Source: a virus
Strand: one strand, 5' to 3'
DNA length: 31,415 nt
Virus record (IMG/VR): IMGVR_UViG_3300017727_000080
Shown here: one piece after another, positions 7,303-14,876 of the stretch
Position numbering within the stretch: position 1 is the stretch's first letter
How the letters are laid out: each line of letters begins with the position of its first letter
Notes under the pieces: generated by a model
Databases searched by the model: none
Told to the model about the DNA's origin: nothing
What the model saw: only the letters and a program-made list of their open reading frames with translations
Position numbers and translations under genes: made by a program

Positions 7303-7425
7303 ATGAATTGTATAAAATGTAAATACAAAATGCTATATTTAGGTAGTAATCAAAATGGTTATTATTACTTGTGTAGTAAATGCAATAACGTTATACCTAC
7401 AAATGAAAAAATTAACAAGAAGTAA
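7303..7425 (+). CDS. Zinc-ribbon miniprotein, CxxC-N17-CxxC (40 aa; not in the ORF track)
   Basis: Product: MNCIKCKYKMLYLGSNQNGYYYLCSKCNNVIPTNEKINKK. It has the same Cys spacing and 11/27 identities with the 33-aa ORF at 17169-17270. It is the first ORF after the intergenic gap. Confidence 0.5.
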   Translation: MNCIKCKYKMLYLGSNQNGYYYLCSKCNNVIPTNEKINKK

Positions 7426-7792
7426 ACTAATTAAAAAACTTGACAAAGTATTTAGTTTATATATTAGACAACGTTATGCTAAAAACGAAATAGCTCAATG
7501 CTTTACTTGTGGCAAAAAAAATCATTGGAAAAAATTACAATGTGGTCATTTTCAAAGTCGTAAATATTATTCTACTCGTTGGGATAAAATAAATTGTCAA
7601 GTACAATGTGCAAAATGCAATGTCTTTAATTATGGAGAATCTTATGTGTTTGGTAAAAATCTTGATATGGAATTTGGAGAAGGGTGTGCTGAATCACTTT
7701 ATTTAAAAGCAAAACAAATAACTAAATTCTCCACACCTGAAATTCACGAGTTAATAAATCGTTATAATATGTTAATAAAAGAGTTAAACTAA
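7403..7792 (+). CDS. ninG: NinG/Rap-like recombination protein
   Basis: CFTCGKKNHWKKLQCGHFQSRKYYSTRWDKINCQVQCAKCNVFNYGE matches the Cys/His pattern of the lambda NinG family. I prefer the internal ATG at 7403 (MKKLTRSKL...) to the track start at 7355. The upstream 48 nt overlap the zinc-ribbon ORF and encode an implausible hydrophobic leader. Confidence 0.7.
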   Translation: MKKLTRSKLIKKLDKVFSLYIRQRYAKNEIAQCFTCGKKNHWKKLQCGHFQSRKYYSTRWDKINCQVQCAKCNVFNYGESYVFGKNLDMEFGEGCAESLYLKAKQITKFSTPEIHELINRYNMLIKELN

Positions 7793-7846
7793 TTTTTATA
7801 TTTATAGTGTTCTGTTACATTTGTCTTGTATAAAAGAGGGTTAATT

Positions 7847-7877
7847 TATTTTAGCCCTTTTTTTTTGCTTATTTATT
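7847..7877 (+). terminator. Rho-independent terminator candidate
   Basis: Stem AGGGTTAA / TTAGCCCT (7 of 8 pairs), 6-nt loop, followed by a T run of nine. Confidence 0.55.
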
Positions 7878-7897
7878 AAAAAAATTGTTTATATTTA
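7864..7897 (+). promoter_or_regulatory. Candidate host-type early promoter (TTTG ... TATATTTA)
   Basis: TTTG at 7864-7867 and TATATTTA at 7890-7897, with a 22-nt spacer, lie about 23 nt upstream of ATG 7920. The same TATATTTA box recurs at 7797-7804 and 9062-9069. Confidence 0.3.
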
Positions 7898-7919
7898 TAA
7901 TTCATTTAAAATTATATAT

Positions 7920-8108
7920 ATGACTAAAAACAGAACCATACCCTATGAACAACACTATGTTCAGGTAGGATTTTACCAAAACTTTATTAAAAACAAAGAA
8001 CAAGAAATCAAAAAGTTAAAAAAGAACAATGATTTACTTGAACAAGAAAATGAAGTTTTAAAAGCTAAACTCGAAGTTGAACATTCTAATAACTTAATGA
8101 GATTATGA
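7920..8108 (+). CDS. Hypothetical coiled-coil protein (62 aa)
   Basis: ORF-track entry with an ATGA overlap to the next gene. Leucine-zipper-like C-terminal half. Confidence 0.5.
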   Translation: MTKNRTIPYEQHYVQVGFYQNFIKNKEQEIKKLKKNNDLLEQENEVLKAKLEVEHSNNLMRL

Positions 8109-8533
8109 ACAAAGAAAAATTAGCAGAACTTTATCACAAGTACGAGTTATCTAAAGATGACTTTTTTAAACATCAACATTACACAATAATTACAAGACAA
8201 GGAATCGACAAGATTCAAGCTATAGAACAAATCTCTATAGACTATGAAGTAATTAAATGTGAAACTAACTTTGCAGTATTTAAAGCAATAGCCACAAAAA
8301 ACAATAAAAAGATTATAACTTTTGGTTCTGCTTTAAAAGGTGCATCGTATAACGAAGGTAATTGTCAAAGCTGGTATGTCGCTGAAATGGCAGAAAAAAG
8401 AGCTATGTCAAGAGCTGTACTAAAACTAACAGGGTTTTATGAACTTGGAGTTTTTGGAGAAGATGAATCAGATTCTTTCAAAAAGAAAACTACAAAAGAA
8501 GAATTAATAAATAAAATTAAAAACAATGGCTGA
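8105..8533 (+). CDS. Hypothetical protein; possible minimal Rad52/Sak-like annealing protein
   Basis: 142 aa. Beta-rich centre followed by AEMAEKRAMSRAVLKLTGFYELGVFGEDE, which resembles the helix plus G-x-G tail of Rad52-type single-strand annealing proteins. It sits in a recombination gene context. The assignment is weak. Confidence 0.3.
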   Translation: MNKEKLAELYHKYELSKDDFFKHQHYTIITRQGIDKIQAIEQISIDYEVIKCETNFAVFKAIATKNNKKIITFGSALKGASYNEGNCQSWYVAEMAEKRAMSRAVLKLTGFYELGVFGEDESDSFKKKTTKEELINKIKNNG

Positions 8534-8699
8534 CAAAATATATAAAGAAAAAGATCATCATCCATTTGAGAATCAAATATTTAATCACTATAGAAAACAA
8601 GCTAAAGAAATAAATGAAGCTATAGTTTTATTAACGGAACATAACTATACAGTTATTGACCATCAAGGAAAATGGATTACAAAAGAAAACATTAATTAA
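8526..8699 (+). CDS. Hypothetical 57-aa protein (not in the ORF track)
   Basis: ATG at 8526 overlaps the end of the upstream gene. Product: MADKIYKEKDHHPFENQIFNHYRKQAKEINEAIVLLTEHNYTVIDHQGKWITKENIN. It fills an otherwise 178-nt gap. Confidence 0.45.
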   Translation: MADKIYKEKDHHPFENQIFNHYRKQAKEINEAIVLLTEHNYTVIDHQGKWITKENIN

Positions 8700-8711
8700 A
8701 ATCAATAAATT

Positions 8712-9005
8712 ATGAGTGCAATTATCAATGCGAGTATTAGGGTAGATAAATTACCTAAAGAAAAATTTATCAAAGGTAAAGATGGTGCAGTTTATTATAA
8801 CTTAACCATTTCAGTAAATGACGATACAAGATACGGTAACAACGTGGCTTTAATGGATTCTCAAACAAAAGAAGAAAGAGATGCCAAAGTACAAAGAAAC
8901 TATCTTGGTAACGGTAAAGTAGTATGGACTAACGACATTATTAAGTTAGCTGCAAGAGAACAAGAGAATACTACAGCTCCAGTATCTAATGATCTACCAT
9001 TTTAA
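8712..9005 (+). CDS. Hypothetical protein; possible ssDNA-binding protein
   Basis: 97 aa. IRVDKLPKEKFIKGKDGAVYYNLTISVNDDTRYGNNVAL...YLGNGKVVW is OB-fold-like in character. It is located next to recombination genes. I cannot assign it firmly to a family. Confidence 0.3.
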   Translation: MSAIINASIRVDKLPKEKFIKGKDGAVYYNLTISVNDDTRYGNNVALMDSQTKEERDAKVQRNYLGNGKVVWTNDIIKLAAREQENTTAPVSNDLPF

Positions 9006-9032
9006 GAAAACAAAATAAAATTTATTTTTTTG

Positions 9033-9060
9033 AAGGGGTTTTAAACGACCCCTTTTTTTT
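9033..9060 (+). terminator. Rho-independent terminator
   Basis: AAGGGGT-tttaaacg-ACCCCTT hairpin followed by a T run of eight, directly after the 8712-9005 ORF. Confidence 0.7.
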
Positions 9061-9074
9061 ATATATTTATATAA

Positions 9075-9917
9075 ATGCAATTAAGATTAGACGAACAACA
9101 AACAGTACAATATCTTGCAATGCAATCAATAGAAGAAGATTGTACAATAGATGTAAATGAAAAATTAGAATATCCTCCAGTAGCATTGTCTTTTGGAGAA
9201 ACATTAATAAAAGGAAGAAATAAAGATATGCTTTTACCAATACCCTTAGGAACTTATGGGAACTTTAGTTTTATACAAGCTCCTCCAAAGACTAAAAAGA
9301 CATTCTTTATATCATTACTTGCATCAGTTTACTTATCAGACCAAAATCATTTCGGAGGTAATTTAAAAGGACATAGACAAGGCAAAGAGTTAATACACAT
9401 AGATACAGAACAAGGTCGGTGGCATTGTCAAAGAGTATTTAAAAGAATTGCTGAAATGGCGGGAACATCAGACAACTACTTGACTTATGGTTTAAGAACT
9501 ATTGGTTATAAAGACAGAATTGAATTTATAGATTATTGTTTAGAACATAAAGCTAAAAATGCTGGTTTACTTATTGTAGATGGTATTGCAGACTTATGTG
9601 CAGACGTTAATAACATTGAAGAATCTAATGCTTGTGTTCAAAGACTTATGGAATGGTCATCTAAATATAACATACATATTATGTGCGTGATACATTCTAA
9701 CTTTGGAAGTGATAAACCTACAGGTCATCTTGGAAGTTTTTTAGAAAAAAAAGCAGAACTACAAATACAATTAGAAGCAAACACAGTTAATAAAGAATGG
9801 ATAACAGTTAAATGCAAAAGAAGCAGAGGTTATGCGTTTGAGACATTTAGTTTTAAGGTAAATGAAATGGAACTACCTGAAATCATTGGGGATTTATATG
9901 ACCCTTTGGAAAACTAA
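9075..9917 (+). CDS. RecA-fold ATPase (DnaB-C-terminal / RepA / AAA_25-like replicative helicase candidate)
   Basis: 280 aa. P-loop-like QAPPKTKKTFF, which is atypical (A-x4-K-K-T). HIDTEQG. Walker B LLIVDGIADL. IMCVIHSNFGSDKPTGHLGS resembles the sensor region of RepA/DnaB-type ATPases. Confidence 0.55.
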   Translation: MQLRLDEQQTVQYLAMQSIEEDCTIDVNEKLEYPPVALSFGETLIKGRNKDMLLPIPLGTYGNFSFIQAPPKTKKTFFISLLASVYLSDQNHFGGNLKGHRQGKELIHIDTEQGRWHCQRVFKRIAEMAGTSDNYLTYGLRTIGYKDRIEFIDYCLEHKAKNAGLLIVDGIADLCADVNNIEESNACVQRLMEWSSKYNIHIMCVIHSNFGSDKPTGHLGSFLEKKAELQIQLEANTVNKEWITVKCKRSRGYAFETFSFKVNEMELPEIIGDLYDPLEN

Positions 9918-9920
9918 ATT

Positions 9921-10400
9921 ATGAAAAACTACTTATCGGACATCTATAAAAAGCATCAAGTATGGATTGACATTGTTTGCTCCTTTGGCTGTAACAAAGA
10001 AACAGCAGAAGATATTACACAAGAAATGTACATTAAAATTCAAAAAAGAATAAACAAAGGATTAGATATTGATTTTGGAGATGACTATAATTATTACTAT
10101 ATTTTTAAAACATTAAAATCTTTGTTCCTTGATTTAAAACGCAAAGAAGCTAAAGTCAATACGTTATCTATAGACAATATGAGGGATTTTTTAGCAGACT
10201 TTGATGCAGCTAATTATGAAGAAGTCTATGCTACAATACAAAATGAACTAAACAATATGTATTGGTATGATAAAAAGATATTTGAGATCATAGAAGGTGG
10301 CGAAAGTATAGCCCAGCTTTCAAGAAAGTCTGGCATACCTTACTACTCACTTTATAATACTTATAAGAAAGTAAAAGAAAAACTAAAAAAATTATTATGA
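9921..10400 (+). CDS. Sigma-70 family (ECF-like, two-domain) sigma factor candidate
   Basis: 159 aa. Region-2-like NKETAEDITQEMYIKIQKRI. C-terminal region-4-like HTH: IFEIIEGGESIAQLSRKSGIPYYSLYNTYKKVKEKLKKLL. Confidence 0.55.
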   Translation: MKNYLSDIYKKHQVWIDIVCSFGCNKETAEDITQEMYIKIQKRINKGLDIDFGDDYNYYYIFKTLKSLFLDLKRKEAKVNTLSIDNMRDFLADFDAANYEEVYATIQNELNNMYWYDKKIFEIIEGGESIAQLSRKSGIPYYSLYNTYKKVKEKLKKLL

Positions 10401-10828
10401 ATAGTAATGAAGTTTTTTATAATGATTTGAAAATAGGGAAATATTATGAAAAAATAATATTAGAAAAAATTAAAATTAAATATCCAAAAGCATACATACA
10501 GAAAGGATACTGTAAAGACTGGGATATATTCATTCCTGAACTTAATTTTGGAGTTGAAGTTAAATCAGATAAAAAAAGTTTACATACAGGCAACATAGTC
10601 ATAGAAATACAATTTAATAATAAACCATCTGCTTTGTCAACAACTAAATCTAAATACTGGGTAATATATGACGGACTTAAATATAATTGGTTTCTTGTAG
10701 ATAACATAAAAAAATGTATTAAAGAAAATAATTTATATTATCGTGAGTTTATAGGCAGAGGAGATACGCATTATAAAAAAGCATATTTAATAAAAAAAAC
10801 ATTATTATATAAATATAAAACTATATGA
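10397..10828 (+). CDS. PD-(D/E)xK nuclease-fold protein
   Basis: 143 aa. KDWDIFIPELNFGVEVKSD gives a D...E-x-K arrangement preceded by a conserved-looking E (YYEKIILE). Confidence 0.45.
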   Translation: MNSNEVFYNDLKIGKYYEKIILEKIKIKYPKAYIQKGYCKDWDIFIPELNFGVEVKSDKKSLHTGNIVIEIQFNNKPSALSTTKSKYWVIYDGLKYNWFLVDNIKKCIKENNLYYREFIGRGDTHYKKAYLIKKTLLYKYKTI

Positions 10829-10971
10829 GACTTGGAGACATAGTATTCTACATCACAAAATATACAGGCATCAAATGGCTTGTAGACAAATATCATAGCT
10901 ATATGGGAACTGAATGTAATTGCGACAAAAGACGTAAAGACTGGAATGAAATAAAAATAAAAAGATGGTAA
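10825..10971 (+). CDS. Hypothetical 48-aa protein (not in the ORF track)
   Basis: ATGA overlap with the upstream gene. The stop overlaps the next ATG (ATGGTAA). Product: MRLGDIVFYITKYTGIKWLVDKYHSYMGTECNCDKRRKDWNEIKIKRW. Confidence 0.45.
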   Translation: MRLGDIVFYITKYTGIKWLVDKYHSYMGTECNCDKRRKDWNEIKIKRW

Positions 10972-11174
10972 AATTTAATAAATATGATTTCAAAGACTGG
11001 GAAAAATTTAGGCTTTCAAAAAAATCAACTATTAGTCGTGAAGAATTTAAAATGGTATGTCAGTTCCACGCAACCTATTACGATCATAAATACTTCGAAC
11101 CTTGTACCTGTAACCCCAAACTAATAAATAAATGGATTAGTGAATTAAATATTGTTTGGAACAATGGGAATTGA
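10965..11174 (+). CDS. Hypothetical protein (69 aa)
   Basis: ORF-track entry on the gene strand, overlapping both neighbours. Contains C-x-H...PCTC. Confidence 0.5.
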   Translation: MVKFNKYDFKDWEKFRLSKKSTISREEFKMVCQFHATYYDHKYFEPCTCNPKLINKWISELNIVWNNGN

Positions 11175-11583
11175 AACAATAAAGAAGTTTGAAAAAGTAT
11201 TAGTTGCTTTCTTAAATATGGATGGCTGGGATTTAGAATGGACTGGAGATGGTTTTAAACATTATGACGCTTGTGGATTCACACCTAAAGGAAATCCTTG
11301 TGTTATAGAAATGAAATTTAGAAACAAATACTATGAAGAAAAAATGTTAGAAAAATATAAATATGATGCATTAATGAAAATGGATAAAAAAGTGGTCAAG
11401 CTATATTTCGTTAATGACCCTAAAGGTAATTATCTATACTGGTTAAATGCATTAGAACTTCCAGAACCAGTAGATATGTACTGTCCTGATACTACACTAT
11501 GGACTAAAAAAAGATTACTTAAACCTGTTTACTTACTCAAAGAAAATCAAGCCACAAGAATTAATCTTAACGAACCTTATTAA
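11164..11583 (+). CDS. Hypothetical protein, second PD-(D/E)xK-like candidate
   Basis: The track start at 11152 is a TTG; the first ATG is at 11164 (MGIETIKKF...). HYDACGFTPKGNPCVIEMKFR gives a D...E-x-K pattern. Confidence 0.4.
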   Translation: MGIETIKKFEKVLVAFLNMDGWDLEWTGDGFKHYDACGFTPKGNPCVIEMKFRNKYYEEKMLEKYKYDALMKMDKKVVKLYFVNDPKGNYLYWLNALELPEPVDMYCPDTTLWTKKRLLKPVYLLKENQATRINLNEPY

Positions 11584-11622
11584 ATATTTTGTTTATATCG
11601 TTTAATTAAGTATTTTTATTAA

Positions 11623-12336
11623 ATGATATTGTTAATAGACGCAGACAGCTTAATTTTCGCAAGTTGTTACAGAACAAGAAATGAAGAAAACCAAGACCCT
11701 TACTATAGAGACATAGAAGATTCTATTGTAAAGTTTGATGAACAGTTTATGAAGATTGTAAATGATCTTGAAGAAAAATACGAAATAGACAAAGTGATTA
11801 CATTTAATGGAAGCAAAGGAAACTTTAGAAAAATACTAACACCAGTATATAAAGCAAACAGAAAAAAACAAGAGTTACCTCCATTACTACACGATATGCA
11901 CCAATACGTTAAAGATACATACGACAGTAAATTTGTATATGGATTAGAAACTGATGATCTTGTAGCTAAATACTGGCAAACACTATCAAATGAATTTGGA
12001 AGGGATAATGTAATGATTGTAAGCATAGACAAGGATTATAAACAATTCCCTTGTTTAATGTATAACTATCACTATAAACATAGAGTAGTATTAGACATAA
12101 GTGAACAGGAAGCATTATACAACTTTTATGAACAAATGATAGTAGGAGATACAGCAGACAACGTAAACTACTTTAAAGGTAAAGGTAAAAAGTTTGCAGA
12201 AAAATATTTTCAAGATTGCAAAAGTAAATATCAATACACTAAAAGACTATACGAATTATTTAAACAAGAATACAAAGGTAAGGCAAGACAGAAATACGCA
12301 GAATGTTATAACCTATTAAAATTAAGAAATGATTAA
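11623..12336 (+). CDS. 5'-3' exonuclease / flap endonuclease (PIN-like, Pol I N-terminal type)
   Basis: 237 aa. ILLIDADSLIF, GLETDDLVAKYW, MIVSIDKDYKQF and IVGDTADNV correspond to the acidic metal-binding motifs of FEN/T5-D15-type exonucleases. Confidence 0.7.
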   Translation: MILLIDADSLIFASCYRTRNEENQDPYYRDIEDSIVKFDEQFMKIVNDLEEKYEIDKVITFNGSKGNFRKILTPVYKANRKKQELPPLLHDMHQYVKDTYDSKFVYGLETDDLVAKYWQTLSNEFGRDNVMIVSIDKDYKQFPCLMYNYHYKHRVVLDISEQEALYNFYEQMIVGDTADNVNYFKGKGKKFAEKYFQDCKSKYQYTKRLYELFKQEYKGKARQKYAECYNLLKLRND

Positions 12337-12859
12337 AGAAAACAAATGGTTTGTTCAAAACGAGATAGCAGAAAAAGTAATAGAACTATCAGGTATTAAT
12401 ATTTTTGAAAGATCAAGAAAAAGAGAAGTAGTAGAAATGAGATCGTTATTCTTCTACATATTAAAAAACAAATTAGATATGGGATTGACTGAAATGTCAA
12501 GATACTTTGAAGATAGTGCTTCAAGTATAAACCACGCTACTATTATATGGGCATTAAAAAACTATGAACTATATAAGTCTACAAATAAAAGAATACAAGA
12601 AATAGAAGAAATGATTATTCTAAAAACTTCTATGAATATAAAAGGAATAAACAGGGAAACTTATTTAGAACTTAAATGTAAAGAACTTGAAGCAGAAATA
12701 GAAAGACTAAATACAAAACCAAATGAATCTAAAATAATAGACTTAATAAATCAAGTTCCAAAAGCAAGAGAAGGAGAATTTATTACAAGAATTGAATTAA
12801 TGATTAAGGGGTGGGAATGGCAGTATAGAGATAGCACAACAGCTTATGCAGGGGAATAA
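12329..12859 (+). CDS. DnaA domain-IV-like helix-turn-helix protein
   Basis: 176 aa. RKREVVEMRSLFFYILKNKLDMGLTEMSRYFEDSASSINHATIIWALKNYE parallels the DnaA C-terminal DNA-binding domain pattern (R..i...R.iamYl.....S...IG..f...HsTV). Confidence 0.5.
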   Translation: MIKENKWFVQNEIAEKVIELSGINIFERSRKREVVEMRSLFFYILKNKLDMGLTEMSRYFEDSASSINHATIIWALKNYELYKSTNKRIQEIEEMIILKTSMNIKGINRETYLELKCKELEAEIERLNTKPNESKIIDLINQVPKAREGEFITRIELMIKGWEWQYRDSTTAYAGE

Positions 12860-13058
12860 ACTAAAAGAACAATCCTTATTAAAAGTTCAATCTAAAATAT
12901 GGGAACAAAAAAGATTGATAAAAGAATTAGAAGATGACATTGAAAAAGATAATGACATTGAATTTGAAATAGTAGAATTACAATTTAACAATGCTATTAA
13001 TCAATTAGAGATATACGAATACATAAAAAAAGCAATACAGAACTATGAAAATATATAA
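12846..13058 (+). CDS. Hypothetical coiled-coil protein (70 aa)
   Basis: ORF-track entry that overlaps both neighbours on the gene strand. Confidence 0.45.
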   Translation: MQGNKLKEQSLLKVQSKIWEQKRLIKELEDDIEKDNDIEFEIVELQFNNAINQLEIYEYIKKAIQNYENI

Positions 13059-14538
13059 CCAAGATTGTTTATATAAACTCAAAGAGTTAGATGACAGTTC
13101 AGTAGATAGTATTGTTACTGACCCTCCTTATGGTTTATCTTTTATGGGCAAGAAATGGGATTATGATGTTCCAAGTGTAGAAATTTGGGTAGAGTGTTTA
13201 AGAGTTCTAAAACCAGGTGGACATCTTTTAGCGTTTGCAGGTTCAAGAACTTATCATAGAATGGCAGTTAGAATTGAAGATGCAGGGTTTGAAATTAGAG
13301 ATCAGATAATGTGGGTTTATGGTAGTGGGTTTCCTAAATCACACAACATAGGTAAAGCAGTAGATAAACAAGGTGGCAATTTACTTGGTAAAGAAGTTGC
13401 TGACCTTGTAAAGAAAAAAAGATTAGAAATAGGTTTATCTACTATACAATTAGCTGAACTTGGTAAATTTTATGGAAAAACAAATCACGGAGGCTCTGTA
13501 TCTAATTGGGAAACTGGTAGGGGTCGTATAACACCAGAACAATTTAATAAACTTATAGAAATATTAAATTTAGAAAACAATCCTATTATTGAAACTAAAC
13601 GAGAAGTTATTGGCAAACAAACAAACGATGACAATTTTAGATTTTATTCTTCAGGTCGTTATCAATGGAATACAGAAGGACAAAAAAGAAAAGAAAGTAT
13701 AGACATAACAAAAGGCAATTCAGAATGGGAAGGCTGGGGAACTGCACTCAAACCTGCACACGAACCTATTGTTATGGCAAGAAAACCTTTTAAAGGAACA
13801 GTAGTTAATAATGTATTAGAATGGGGAACTGGTGGAATAAACATAGATGCGAGTAGAATAGGTACAGAAAAGCTAACTAATAAAGGTATGTCATCATTAG
13901 GTGTTATGCACGATGATAATTGGAAATCAAAAAAAGTTGAAAACGAAGTAGAAGGCAGATTTCCTGCAAACATAATCTTTGATGAAGAAGCAGGTGAAAT
14001 CCTTGATGAACAAAGTGGAATATCAAAGAGTGGCAAATCAAGAGGTTTAACTCCAACAAAAGCGAGAAGTTGGAAAAATAGTAGTATTCAAGGAATAAAT
14101 AGAATAGATCACGATGACAAAGGTGGAGCTTCACGTTTCTTCTATTGCCCTAAAACTTCAAAGAAAGATAGAAATGAAGGGTTAGATGAGTTTGAAACAA
14201 AACAAACTGTAGGAGGTGGAGGTGGAATTGGTAATTATGAAAATGATGTAAATTCTTCAAGTGGCAAGTACGGTAGTGAAAAAGCACCGAGTAAGAATAA
14301 TCATCCAACTGTAAAACCAACTGATTTAATGTTATATCTTATTAGGTTAGTAACTCCTGAAAGAGGAACAACACTTGATCCTTTTATGGGTTCTGGTTCA
14401 ACAGGCAAAGCTGCAGTAAGAGGTGGGTTTGATTTTATAGGTATTGAAAGAGAAAAAGAATATATTGAAATAGCAAAAGCAAGAATTAAATATGAACAAG
14501 AAAAACAAAAACCTGATTCACAAATAAAATTATTTTAA
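13045..14538 (+). CDS. DNA methyltransferase (N6-adenine / N4-cytosine, beta class) with internal HTH-like insertion
   Basis: 497 aa. N-terminal IVTDPPYG (motif IV). C-terminal NHPTVKP and LDPFMGSGSTGKAA (motif I). Between them is LSTIQLAELGKFYGKTNHGGSVSNWETGRGRITPEQFNKLIEIL, which resembles an XRE-type HTH. Confidence 0.85.
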   Translation: MKIYNQDCLYKLKELDDSSVDSIVTDPPYGLSFMGKKWDYDVPSVEIWVECLRVLKPGGHLLAFAGSRTYHRMAVRIEDAGFEIRDQIMWVYGSGFPKSHNIGKAVDKQGGNLLGKEVADLVKKKRLEIGLSTIQLAELGKFYGKTNHGGSVSNWETGRGRITPEQFNKLIEILNLENNPIIETKREVIGKQTNDDNFRFYSSGRYQWNTEGQKRKESIDITKGNSEWEGWGTALKPAHEPIVMARKPFKGTVVNNVLEWGTGGINIDASRIGTEKLTNKGMSSLGVMHDDNWKSKKVENEVEGRFPANIIFDEEAGEILDEQSGISKSGKSRGLTPTKARSWKNSSIQGINRIDHDDKGGASRFFYCPKTSKKDRNEGLDEFETKQTVGGGGGIGNYENDVNSSSGKYGSEKAPSKNNHPTVKPTDLMLYLIRLVTPERGTTLDPFMGSGSTGKAAVRGGFDFIGIEREKEYIEIAKARIKYEQEKQKPDSQIKLF

Positions 14539-14540
14539 TT

Positions 14541-14876
14541 ATGACTAAACACGAATTTGAAGAAACAAAAAAATATCTATTGGACATTTGTCAACAAATA
14601 ATGGATGTAAAACAACCTGAATACACACAAAAGAATTTAGATATACTACACAACTTTAAATGTTCTGCTGAATTTATAGGCATAGAACCTATGGAGGTAT
14701 GGGCTGTATTTTTTAATAAACACATACAATCAATACTTGCACACGCTGGAGACCCTACTATGCATCAAGCAGAACCATTAGAAACAAGATATGCAGATGC
14801 TATTAACTATTTATTATTAGGCTTTAGCTTATTACAAGACAGACCAAAAAAAGACATCATTTCAGGAACAGAATGA
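14541..14876 (+). CDS. Hypothetical helical protein between the two methyltransferases
   Basis: 111 aa with an ATGA overlap to the second methyltransferase gene. There is only weak resemblance to all-alpha DUF1599/MazG-like domains (K..EY...W....NKH......D.INYLLLGFSL). Confidence 0.45.
   Translation: MTKHEFEETKKYLLDICQQIMDVKQPEYTQKNLDILHNFKCSAEFIGIEPMEVWAVFFNKHIQSILAHAGDPTMHQAEPLETRYADAINYLLLGFSLLQDRPKKDIISGTE

Noticed and set aside
7355-7402. Track start codon at 7355 for the NinG-like gene (N-terminal MVIITCVVNAITLYLQ)
   Set aside because: The extension overlaps the paralog-supported zinc-ribbon ORF (7303-7425) and adds a hydrophobic leader atypical for NinG proteins. The internal ATG at 7403 gives a typical basic N-terminus. 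It is not proven either way.
6093-10170. Partial copies of the late-promoter 10-mer inside genes (6093 ACGTTATAca, 7388 ACGTTATAcc, 7481 ACGTTATgct, 10161 ACGTTATcTA)
   Set aside because: They deviate in the TATATA part and lack the AAAAT element at the fixed 12-nt spacing. All are intragenic except that 7388 precedes the preferred NinG start by 5 nt, which I noted but judged too weak to call a promoter.
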